This document shows positions 9,718 to 17,141 of a DNA stretch of 33,195 bases, in pieces. Positions within the stretch are counted from its first letter, which is position 1; every line of letters starts with the position of its first letter. The position numbers and the translations under genes are program-made. The stretch comes from a virus. Taxonomy: Duplodnaviria; Caudoviricetes. The notes beneath the pieces are model-generated. The model ran no database searches. It worked only from the letters and a program-made list of their open reading frames with translations, and had not been told where the DNA came from. The stretch is taken from the IMG/VR virus record IMGVR_UViG_3300025598_000106, positions 1-33,195 of that record. The stretch is one strand, 5' to 3'.

Positions 9718-10665
9718 TTACCTTGAGTAAAACATGTTACGAGGCACAAAACGTAATGGTGCCTTTTCACGGTCTTCTTGTCCTGCTAAATCATATTGTT
9801 GTTCATAGTCTGCTTTAAGCATAGCAATACGGTTAGGATCAACGTTAGGTGACTTAACAGAAATGTAATAAGCCAATCCTGCTACCATCGCAGGGATAAA
9901 ACGGAATGGAATATCATTAATAATGACACCAGTCCCAGCATCTTGAATCCTACGTAAACGCCAATACACAAATGTATATTGATTGCCTGGTGATTGTGGC
10001 GCTGGCCATACGTTTATATTTGGAAGTTGAGGCACTGATATTGCTGCACCTGCATTATGCGATGTAGCAGTCGTACCATTTTGTCCACGATAACAATTTA
10101 ATAACTGATTACCTGTTTGACTTACGTTAGGATAGTAAATGGTTTCACTATCAATCGTAATATAACCAGATGCTGCAATATTAGATGTATCGCTTAACGT
10201 AATAGTTGTGTCTGTTGCGCTAATATTACCTGCCACTGTATTGCCAATAAGTGTTGATGTCGTAGGGTTTACATTACCTGACTGACGATCAATCCAAACT
10301 TGAATAGGACGGCCTACAGCGAGTTTATTTGGTATGGTTGAATACGTATCCTCAGAGATACGATTAATGTTGATATCAACTTGATTCTGTAGCGTTCCCG
10401 TACGGATTACTTGGCTTAATAAATCAATAGTATCAACAGGCAATGGATATTTGACTTGGTTAGTATTCATAGGAATCTGACCTTCTTCAATCGTCCACAA
10501 GTTAATGCCACGATTAGCCCATTCAATCGTCAGCAAGTTAATGCTACGTCTAGCGGTTCTAAAGTCATAACCTGAACGTAACTCAATACCAGCACGTTCA
10601 AAACTTTCTTCAATTAAATCATTCATATTTAAATTGAATGATGATGTTCCTGTGGTAACAGCCAT
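9718..10665 (-). CDS. Head-tail connector / tail tubular protein-like, with an inserted domain
   Basis: LIEE.FERAG.E.RSGYD.RTARRS.NLL..EWANRG.NLWT N-terminus; PFRF.P.MVAGLAYY and EDREKA C-terminus; position between head and tail genes. Confidence 0.65.
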   Translation of the reverse strand: MAVTTGTSSFNLNMNDLIEESFERAGIELRSGYDFRTARRSINLLTIEWANRGINLWTIEEGQIPMNTNQVKYPLPVDTIDLLSQVIRTGTLQNQVDININRISEDTYSTIPNKLAVGRPIQVWIDRQSGNVNPTTSTLIGNTVAGNISATDTTITLSDTSNIAASGYITIDSETIYYPNVSQTGNQLLNCYRGQNGTTATSHNAGAAISVPQLPNINVWPAPQSPGNQYTFVYWRLRRIQDAGTGVIINDIPFRFIPAMVAGLAYYISVKSPNVDPNRIAMLKADYEQQYDLAGQEDREKAPLRFVPRNMFYSR

Positions 10666-10796
10666 TACTTATCCCAATTTATGTTAATACGTACAATGCC
10701 AAGGTCAATGATGATGTAATTAATGGTTTCATCTTCTGCAAATTCAAAACCAATCATAAAACCACTGATAAATTCAAATCCGCAGTAGATTTCCAT
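10665..10796 (-). CDS. Small hypothetical protein (43 aa, MEIYCGFEFISGFMIGFEFAEDETINYIIIDLGIVRININWDK)
   Basis: Not in the ORF track; fills the gap with TAATG overlaps at both ends. Confidence 0.65.
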   Translation of the reverse strand: MEIYCGFEFISGFMIGFEFAEDETINYIIIDLGIVRININWDK

Positions 10797-11068
10797 TATT
10801 TTAAACCTTTTAAAGTTTCTGCTAGTCTAGCACGTTTGCCTAATTTACCTGAGGCTTTTGCGGCTTTAGCAAGCTTTTTAGCTGGAATCTTTTCACCTTT
10901 AGGTACACCTAACTCTTCATGAAGTGCATTAGGCTTACGAATAGCATTACTAATCCAACCACCCTTTTTATACACTTCTACATCTTGAGGATGGTCTTTA
11001 CGATGAATAATTTTCTTACCTGGCATTTTGCTTGGGTTAATATCACCCATTCCACGAGAAGCTCTCAT
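10796..11068 (-). CDS. Lys-rich basic protein with YKKGG motif (putative internal virion protein)
   Basis: Start refined to MRASRGMG at 11068 (TAATG overlap); C-terminal WI..AI.KP.ALH.ELGVP.GEKIP..KL module. Confidence 0.7.
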   Translation of the reverse strand: MRASRGMGDINPSKMPGKKIIHRKDHPQDVEVYKKGGWISNAIRKPNALHEELGVPKGEKIPAKKLAKAAKASGKLGKRARLAETLKGLK

Positions 11069-11631
11069 TATACGTATCCTGTAGTAGTGTTTGATGTATT
11101 TGGTGCCACTTGAGCAGTAGTTGCTGGATTTGCATTCATTGGATTGCCCCAACGATCTTTTTGTCCTTCAAACATTGGCAAGCCACCTTGTGGTGTATTC
11201 ATTTGAGTCTGATTGCCCATTTGTGGTTGCATAGCGCTTGGATTAAATTGACCAGCAGTTTGTATATCAGTATCAGGAACTCTAGTTGCACCATTGCCAA
11301 AACCAAAACCAGCATTACCAGGACCCATTCCGTATGAAGCAGGACCACCAAATGAACCGATAGGCGCATATGGTGTAGTCACTTGATCTGGGCTTTGAAC
11401 GTTATAGTTATTACTAAACGCTAGATTAAATGGCTGATACGGTGGTGGTGTTGGATTACTTTGTTGCTGCCCATATACTTGTGGCTGGCTATATCCTTGA
11501 GGATTAGGAGCAAAGTTATTTCCATACGGCTGAAAACCATAAGATGGTTGACTACCGTAAGATGGCGCAGGCGCAGAAGATTGAGCACCTGTATTGCCAT
11601 TCTTTTGAAATGCTGCTGCAGCACCGCCCAT
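11068..11631 (-). CDS. Low-complexity Q/N/P/G/S/Y-rich, probably disordered protein
   Basis: Start refined to MGGAAAAF at 11631, immediately after the upstream stop; few charged residues. Confidence 0.6.
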   Translation of the reverse strand: MGGAAAAFQKNGNTGAQSSAPAPSYGSQPSYGFQPYGNNFAPNPQGYSQPQVYGQQQSNPTPPPYQPFNLAFSNNYNVQSPDQVTTPYAPIGSFGGPASYGMGPGNAGFGFGNGATRVPDTDIQTAGQFNPSAMQPQMGNQTQMNTPQGGLPMFEGQKDRWGNPMNANPATTAQVAPNTSNTTTGYV

Positions 11632-11632
11632 G

Positions 11633-12079
11633 TTATTTTTTGCCTTTAGACATTCCGCCACCACACATGGTTTTAACATGTTCATGATGTGGTTTAAATC
11701 CAGCAGCGTGTTGTTTCATACCATCCATATGATGTTTAAAACCACCTGAGTGTTTAGCCATAGCATCTTTAGCATGTACAAAACCACCTTTTTTGTAACC
11801 ACCTTTTACAGGTTGATTACCTGCATTTAAATCAGGTGCATATTTTTTAGCATCTTCATTAGCAAGCAAATTACCTTTTACTCGTGCACCAATTTCTTTA
11901 GCTTCTTGGTTAGGAGTATTTAAAATAAATTCTTCAGTATCTTTACTTCTATAATTAGGACCTGATTCATAGCCTGTGCTACTTCTATCAACGTCTTTAT
12001 AGTAATTTCTATGTAAATTCTCAATGTTTTTAAGGTTGCCCTTAACATCACTAAATACCATTGGGTCTTTTTTAGCCAT
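11633..12079 (-). CDS. Basic protein with YKKGG motif and His-rich C-terminal repeats
   Basis: 148-aa ORF, tightly packed in the operon. Confidence 0.7.
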   Translation of the reverse strand: MAKKDPMVFSDVKGNLKNIENLHRNYYKDVDRSSTGYESGPNYRSKDTEEFILNTPNQEAKEIGARVKGNLLANEDAKKYAPDLNAGNQPVKGGYKKGGFVHAKDAMAKHSGGFKHHMDGMKQHAAGFKPHHEHVKTMCGGGMSKGKK

Positions 12080-12081
12080 GA

Positions 12082-12429
12082 TTATTTCTTTCCAAACGAT
12101 TTGATATGTTCATTATGAACTTTGTGCCCACCAGCATGCTTTTTGTAGATATCAGAATGATGTGTGCCACCAGCTGATTTTTTAGTGTATTCTACATGGT
12201 CAATCATGCCACCTTTTTTCATAGTTGTTGGTACTGTAGGTTTTAGATATTTACCTTTAGAATCTGTCGCTGGGAAGTCATCTTCAGGTGCAGCAATGAT
12301 TTCAGTCTTCTTAATGACAGCTTTAGGTGCTTTTTTAGCAGCTGCTTCAGCTTCATAATCAGACATGTTTTTCCACTTACCACCCGTGAAATCTTCAATG
12401 CCTTCTTTAATCTTATCTAAAATGCCCAT
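12082..12429 (-). CDS. Basic protein with MKKGG motif and His-rich C-terminal repeats
   Basis: 115-aa ORF, tightly packed in the operon. Confidence 0.7.
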   Translation of the reverse strand: MGILDKIKEGIEDFTGGKWKNMSDYEAEAAAKKAPKAVIKKTEIIAAPEDDFPATDSKGKYLKPTVPTTMKKGGMIDHVEYTKKSAGGTHHSDIYKKHAGGHKVHNEHIKSFGKK

Positions 12430-12432
12430 GAT

Positions 12433-12933
12433 TTAGCACCATTTACCTTTAGTCTTACCTTTAGATGCAATACCATCTGCACGGCTAGATGCTGAACCAC
12501 CTTTAGCCATGTTCTTTGGTGCAACTGTAGGGCCTGAATCACCAAGGTTCTTACCACGTGTTAAACCACGTTTTTGAACAGCTGATTGACCGAATTTAGT
12601 TAGTTTGTTAGAGCCTTTTTCTACGTCTTCTGCCATAGTTTTAGGACCCATTGTTTCCTTAGCCATTGCTTTACCACCTTTCTTCATACCTGGAACTGGA
12701 GCACCGCCTGCTGGGGCCATTGCTGCCATTGGATTAACTGGAGCTTGTTGAGCGCCAAGTGCTTTTGCAGCCATAAGTGCCATAGCTGGATTGATTTGTT
12801 TGCGTTTCATAGCGCTTCCACCTTGTTTAAGTTTTGATAGATCAGTACGTTTATCTTCATGCAATTGCTTATCATGCATGCCAAAAGCCTTTTTAATGAG
12901 CTTTTTATCTTCTTTAATATCATCGTGTTTCAT
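12433..12933 (-). CDS. Lys/Met/Ala-rich protein with three [LM][KA]xGG motifs
   Basis: Start refined to MKHDD at 12933 (TAATG overlap); ends in ADGIASKGKTKG. Confidence 0.7.
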   Translation of the reverse strand: MKHDDIKEDKKLIKKAFGMHDKQLHEDKRTDLSKLKQGGSAMKRKQINPAMALMAAKALGAQQAPVNPMAAMAPAGGAPVPGMKKGGKAMAKETMGPKTMAEDVEKGSNKLTKFGQSAVQKRGLTRGKNLGDSGPTVAPKNMAKGGSASSRADGIASKGKTKGKWC

Positions 12934-13457
12934 TAACATTTCCACCTTTTTAATGATGCTGCTTTGCGTGTTGGCTTGCCATTCTCATCTTTCATTGGTC
13001 CTGGCATACCTGACATACGTGCACAGAATGATTTCTTACGTGGGCCACCTTCTGGCTGTGGAGCCTTAAGATGACTACCTGTTTCACGATTGTATTTTGC
13101 TCTGCCCTTTTCAGTAAGTCCAGCACCTTTTGATACAGGTAACTTTTCACCACGACCTACTGATAGTGATACACCACCCTTAGCCATCTTTGCTGTTTTA
13201 GCTGACTCTTTAAAGTCCTTGGCTGTAGGAGCACCTTTAGAACCAGGTTTACGCATTGTTTCACCACTGCCCTTAGCAATACGCTCTTGCTTAGCATGAA
13301 TGTTTGCATATAACCCACCAGATTTAAAAGTTTTACCTTTGTCTGCAGCTGCAAATTCTTTACCTACGGATTGTTTAATACCAACTTTTTTAGCAAAAGA
13401 TTTGCTATGAGCTACCGCTTCCATCAAGTTATGTTGTGCTTTAGATTTGCTAGGCAT
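12933..13457 (-). CDS. Highly basic three-module protein (modules joined by FKSGG and MAKGG)
   Basis: 174 aa, Lys-rich; C-terminal GL..KGR..YN..TG..LKAP...RKKSFCARM.G...LKRWKC module. Confidence 0.7.
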   Translation of the reverse strand: MPSKSKAQHNLMEAVAHSKSFAKKVGIKQSVGKEFAAADKGKTFKSGGLYANIHAKQERIAKGSGETMRKPGSKGAPTAKDFKESAKTAKMAKGGVSLSVGRGEKLPVSKGAGLTEKGRAKYNRETGSHLKAPQPEGGPRKKSFCARMSGMPGPMKDENGKPTRKAASLKRWKC

Positions 13458-13459
13458 AA

Positions 13460-13705
13460 TTATTTGCTTGCATGTTCAATAAACCAAGCTACTAATCCGC
13501 CAACAATACTAGCGGCACTGCCAACGGCAAGTAGCATTCTCCAACCACCGTGAGCAGCTGACAATGTATCATTAATTTTTGCAAGTGTATCTTTAATTTC
13601 TTGCATATCTTTAACCATTTTGTCCATATCTGCTTGTAAATGTTTGATTTCATTAGCATGTGTGGCCAACTCTCTAGCGGTTTCTAATTCAGCAGGAACA
13701 CTCAT
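13460..13705 (-). CDS. Coiled-coil protein with C-terminal transmembrane helix (holin/XhlA-like architecture)
   Basis: Heptad-rich N-terminal half followed by the hydrophobic stretch MLLAVGSAASIVGGLVAWFI. Confidence 0.5.
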   Translation of the reverse strand: MSVPAELETARELATHANEIKHLQADMDKMVKDMQEIKDTLAKINDTLSAAHGGWRMLLAVGSAASIVGGLVAWFIEHASK

Positions 13706-13712
13706 ATATCAC

Positions 13713-14000
13713 CTAGCCGTAACAAATAGAAACAGATGTTACATTAGTAACTGCAACATAAATACCGTTGTAAGCCAAAATTCCTTCACCAGGAATAATA
13801 ACTTGGAATGGCTGAACACCTGAGCTAGTTTTAGATTGCCACAGGATAGGACCTGTATTATCTGTACCATCATAAAAAGTAACTGTACCTGCAGTACCAG
13901 TACCAACAAATACTGCTTGTTTTAGCCTTGCACGGCCTGTATATAATTGAGCAGGAAAAGTACCAGCATAGGCAGCTTTTACGTCATATTGCATTGTCAT
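13713..14000 (-). CDS. Small virion structural protein
   Basis: C-terminal IPGEGIL...GIYV......V...YG motif; AGGAG RBS; follows the capsid genes. Confidence 0.6.
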   Translation of the reverse strand: MTMQYDVKAAYAGTFPAQLYTGRARLKQAVFVGTGTAGTVTFYDGTDNTGPILWQSKTSSGVQPFQVIIPGEGILAYNGIYVAVTNVTSVSICYG

Positions 14001-14023
14001 AATTAATCTCCTGAATTGATAAT

Positions 14024-14041
14024 AGGGGACCGAAGTCCCCT
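14024..14041 (-). terminator. UUCG-capped hairpin (weak terminator or mRNA stabiliser)
   Basis: Minus strand AGGGGAC-TTCG-GTCCCCT, followed by only a weak U tract (ATTAT). Confidence 0.5.
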
Positions 14042-14049
14042 TAGATTAA

Positions 14050-14751
14050 TTAGTCAAAGTTACCGTATGGGTATGTTGTGCCGTTACCAATGTTCAAGTC
14101 TTGTTGAGCATAACGCAATGTAATGTTCATTTGACCTGATGTTGGAGCTGTCAATGAAGCTACAGTCATTTTAACTGTTACAACAACTTGTGAGAACCAT
14201 GAAGGTTGTGTACCTGGTTGCAAGTTTTGTACGTCTTGCAATGTACCATTTGCATAGTCTAATTGTGTACCTGTAAATGTTGCTGTACCACGGCCAGCTG
14301 AAGTAATAGCAGCCATTGTGCCGTATACGCCAGTAGTTGTAGCAAAGTTATTAGAGATATATGGTTGGATTGAAGTTACTGTATGTGTGCCATCAGATGG
14401 CATAGCACCAACATCAACGTATACGTCAGTAATGTTTGAACCTTGTGGGATTAGGAATACAACACCACGGTAAATTGTACCAGTTGCGTCAGCTGTAGGC
14501 GCTGAAGCTGCTGTAGGACCTGTGCTGCTATAGTTACCACCTTGTGGTGTATAAATTGTAGCTGCGCCGTTTGGAATGCCATTTGATGTAACAAATACAC
14601 CAGAACCACCTGAATAACCAAGAGTTTGTGGAGTTGTAACAGCAAAATCAATAAATGCTTGTTGAACCAATTCTGCGTACCCAACATCACGTTGTGGACC
14701 AAAACGGTTATCGCCCGATAAAATCGGACCGTCAAAAGTAGAGCGACCCAT
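14050..14751 (-). CDS. Virion structural protein (head-associated/decoration-like)
   Basis: MG.STF.GP..SG N-terminus; T/G-rich beta composition; first gene after the capsid. Confidence 0.6.
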   Translation of the reverse strand: MGRSTFDGPILSGDNRFGPQRDVGYAELVQQAFIDFAVTTPQTLGYSGGSGVFVTSNGIPNGAATIYTPQGGNYSSTGPTAASAPTADATGTIYRGVVFLIPQGSNITDVYVDVGAMPSDGTHTVTSIQPYISNNFATTTGVYGTMAAITSAGRGTATFTGTQLDYANGTLQDVQNLQPGTQPSWFSQVVVTVKMTVASLTAPTSGQMNITLRYAQQDLNIGNGTTYPYGNFD

Positions 14752-14759
14752 AATATATT

Positions 14760-14833
14760 TCCTTATGCAAAAGAGCTTTTACCAATCGTTGCATCGTCTG
14801 CTGGGGCAGTGGCGGCAAAAGCGGAATCCCAGA
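14760..14833 (-). ncRNA. Pseudoknotted structured RNA downstream of the major capsid gene; candidate Mu-gpT-DE motif
   Basis: Minus-strand pairings CTGGG/CCCAG, GCTTTTGCC/GGTAAAAGC and ATGCAA/TTGCAT interlock; position downstream of a Mu gpT-like capsid gene matches the described context of the Mu-gpT-DE motif. Confidence 0.6.
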
Positions 14834-14840
14834 TAGTTTA

Positions 14841-14868
14841 AGTTTACTACAAATACAATATAAAACAA
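14841..14868 (-). promoter_or_regulatory. Possible sigma70-type promoter for the structured RNA and downstream genes
   Basis: TTGTTT-N16-TAAACT between the capsid terminator and the 5' end of the RNA element. Confidence 0.3.
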
Positions 14869-14879
14869 ATACTTTTAAT

Positions 14880-14911
14880 AAAAAAAAGCCCAACTTTTTA
14901 GGGTCGGGCTT
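14880..14911 (-). terminator. Rho-independent terminator after the major capsid gene
   Basis: Minus strand AAGCCCGAC-CCTAAAAA-GTTGGGCTT followed by a T run. Confidence 0.8.
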
Positions 14912-14926
14912 CTTTATTACTGCGGC

Positions 14927-15829
14927 TTAGTAAGAACCGTAGATACCTAGTGGATCTGATACACCGAAGCTGTAACGTTCACGTGATTTATAACGTACAT
15001 TACCTGTATCAAAGTCACCATCCATGCTGTTTTGCAATGGTGTACGAACGAAGTGTTTCAAGCCGTTTGGTACATCAGTTGTCAAGAACCATGCGTTAGT
15101 AGCTGTCAAGAAGTGGTTAATTGTATAACCTTCTGGTACAGCGCCATTGTTCTTAATAGCATTGATATCGTTGTTGTTTGTACCAACACGCAATTCAGTT
15201 TCAAGCAAACGAGTTGCTACGAATTGAAGAGCTGGTGGCACAACCAATTTCTTAGGACGAGCAGCGATCAAAAGACCACGTTCATCAGTCCAACCTGCGA
15301 TTTGAATAACAGCATTTTCCAATGATGTTTCGTTCAAGTCAGCTGGAGTTGATGGTGTATTAGCATTAGTACCGCCATTAACTAGTGGGTGAGCTGTAGA
15401 GAACAAAGGTTGACCGTCACCATAAGTGTAAGCACCGTTGAAGCCGTTGTTAAGAACAGCTGCTGCTTTAACTTGTTTAGTGTAAGCCATAGCACGAGCC
15501 AAACCTTTTGTGTAACGTGCTGACAATGAGTCATACAAGTTATCTTCAATCGCTTCTTCAGTTAAGCTGAAACCAAGAGCGATAGTTTCGTGGTTGTATC
15601 GGGCTGTCCAAGCTTCTTGAGCATTGTCATAAGCGATGGCTGAGCCTTCGTTTTTAACAGGTGCTGCTGAGAAGCCTGATAGCTTTGTTTCTTCTTCAAA
15701 GCTACGTTCTGAGGTTTCAGTTTCGTAGATTTCACGGTGTTCTTCACCGTAACGGGCATATTCCAAACCAAACAAAGCGTTAAGGCCTGGTAATAGCTCT
15801 TTCAATAATTGTGCACGAGAGATAGCCAT
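14927..15829 (-). CDS. Major capsid protein (HK97 fold, Mu gpT-like family)
   Basis: MAISRAQLLKELLPGLNALFG, EEAIEDNLY, DG.PLFSTAHP, PKKLVVPPAL, GDFDTGNVRYK.RERYSFG.SDP.G; strong RBS; followed by a terminator. Confidence 0.9.
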   Translation of the reverse strand: MAISRAQLLKELLPGLNALFGLEYARYGEEHREIYETETSERSFEEETKLSGFSAAPVKNEGSAIAYDNAQEAWTARYNHETIALGFSLTEEAIEDNLYDSLSARYTKGLARAMAYTKQVKAAAVLNNGFNGAYTYGDGQPLFSTAHPLVNGGTNANTPSTPADLNETSLENAVIQIAGWTDERGLLIAARPKKLVVPPALQFVATRLLETELRVGTNNNDINAIKNNGAVPEGYTINHFLTATNAWFLTTDVPNGLKHFVRTPLQNSMDGDFDTGNVRYKSRERYSFGVSDPLGIYGSY

Positions 15830-15842
15830 ATTAAATTACTCC

Positions 15843-16670
15843 TTAAGCTGCGTAGTAGTTATGGATACCGAAGTTAATTTTTACAAGAACTTCTGGGTAT
15901 GATGTGAATACAACGGTTGATCCAGTAGGAATGCTTACGTTCTTATCAGTAGTGATAGAAGTAGTACCTGTTGAATAACCACCTGAGTTAGCTACGAAAG
16001 CGCCAGTTTGAACTAATTGACCGTTCAACAAGTATGCAACGTCAGCACCTTGAGGAATAGCAGCAGGAAGACCTGTGCCTGTCAATGTGATAGTTGTACC
16101 TGGAGTGCTTGCGTTACCGCCAGTTGCAGAAACAGCAGTTGCTGTATCAGGAACTAGAGCCAATACACGGAATGGAAGACCTGTTGATGGTGTTGCTGTA
16201 GGAGCAACTAAACCGTTCAATGAGTCACCGTTCAATGTGTTACCAGCTTGGTATGAACCAGCTAAGTTAAGACCAACGATAGCTTGTGAAGCTGAAGCTA
16301 AAACTGAACCACCGTTAGCAGTTACCATTGCAGCTTTAAATACTGTATCTGGATCTTCAACAATGAATGCTTGAATATCACCAGCAGCTGTATTAGCTGG
16401 GTAGTATTGGCTGAATGTTTTTTGTTTTGTTACTGGGTTAGTGAATGAGCAACCAGCAAATACACCGATGGTTTGTTTACCAGATGTAGATGAAGTTACT
16501 TGTGCTAATGTTACTAAGCCGTTCGTTACAGTTACAAAGTCACCAAAGAAGATATTGGTATTGTAGTTGTTTTGGATGGTGTATTGACGTGTACCACCAG
16601 CAAACACTTGACTACCAATAAGGTTCAGTGCTTTAAAACCATAAGGTGCGGAAATGACTGGATAAGCCAT
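15843..16670 (-). CDS. Capsid decoration / minor head protein
   Basis: APYG.K....G...Y.I......IF.GD.V, GVF.GC.FT.P and V.DPD..F motifs; immediately upstream of the capsid gene. Confidence 0.65.
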   Translation of the reverse strand: MAYPVISAPYGFKALNLIGSQVFAGGTRQYTIQNNYNTNIFFGDFVTVTNGLVTLAQVTSSTSGKQTIGVFAGCSFTNPVTKQKTFSQYYPANTAAGDIQAFIVEDPDTVFKAAMVTANGGSVLASASQAIVGLNLAGSYQAGNTLNGDSLNGLVAPTATPSTGLPFRVLALVPDTATAVSATGGNASTPGTTITLTGTGLPAAIPQGADVAYLLNGQLVQTGAFVANSGGYSTGTTSITTDKNVSIPTGSTVVFTSYPEVLVKINFGIHNYYAA

Positions 16671-16694
16671 ATTGTACTCCTAAGTTAAAAAAGT

Positions 16695-17141
16695 TTATTT
16701 ATTGCCAAATGTGACCGTTGATTTCTTCTCAGAGAAAAGAGGCATACGGGCATCGTTCTGACGCATGAAGCTATTATCAACTGCTTCGGCCTGTTGAGCT
16801 GTTTGGTTATTTTCATACTCCATACGTTGCTGTACCAACTCTTCAGGGGCCTTACATAACAATAAGCCACCAATCTCAATACTGCCTTCAAAACGGCTGG
16901 TTGGATCGGTTAATAGTTTAAATTTAGGTTGTTCCTCAATCGTCACAGGTTCCCAGCCTTCTCTCAATTTAGATGAGACATTGCGTGGGTCCGCATTGTT
17001 AAGCATTGAAGTTCTAATCCAACGATAAGCAAATCCAGCTTGTTTGTCTGGTTCTGGTAACAACTCAGGTGGTCGCCATGTTTTTGGACGCTCTGATTGT
17101 TGACGATTGCTTACTTCACGGGGAATTCTTGTATCAGCCAT
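16695..17141 (-). CDS. Conserved head-module hypothetical protein
   Basis: W.PP.LLP.P....G..YRWIR.S.....D..NV....REGWEPV and GGLLLCK motifs; lies between scaffold and capsid. Confidence 0.7.
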   Translation of the reverse strand: MADTRIPREVSNRQQSERPKTWRPPELLPEPDKQAGFAYRWIRTSMLNNADPRNVSSKLREGWEPVTIEEQPKFKLLTDPTSRFEGSIEIGGLLLCKAPEELVQQRMEYENNQTAQQAEAVDNSFMRQNDARMPLFSEKKSTVTFGNK

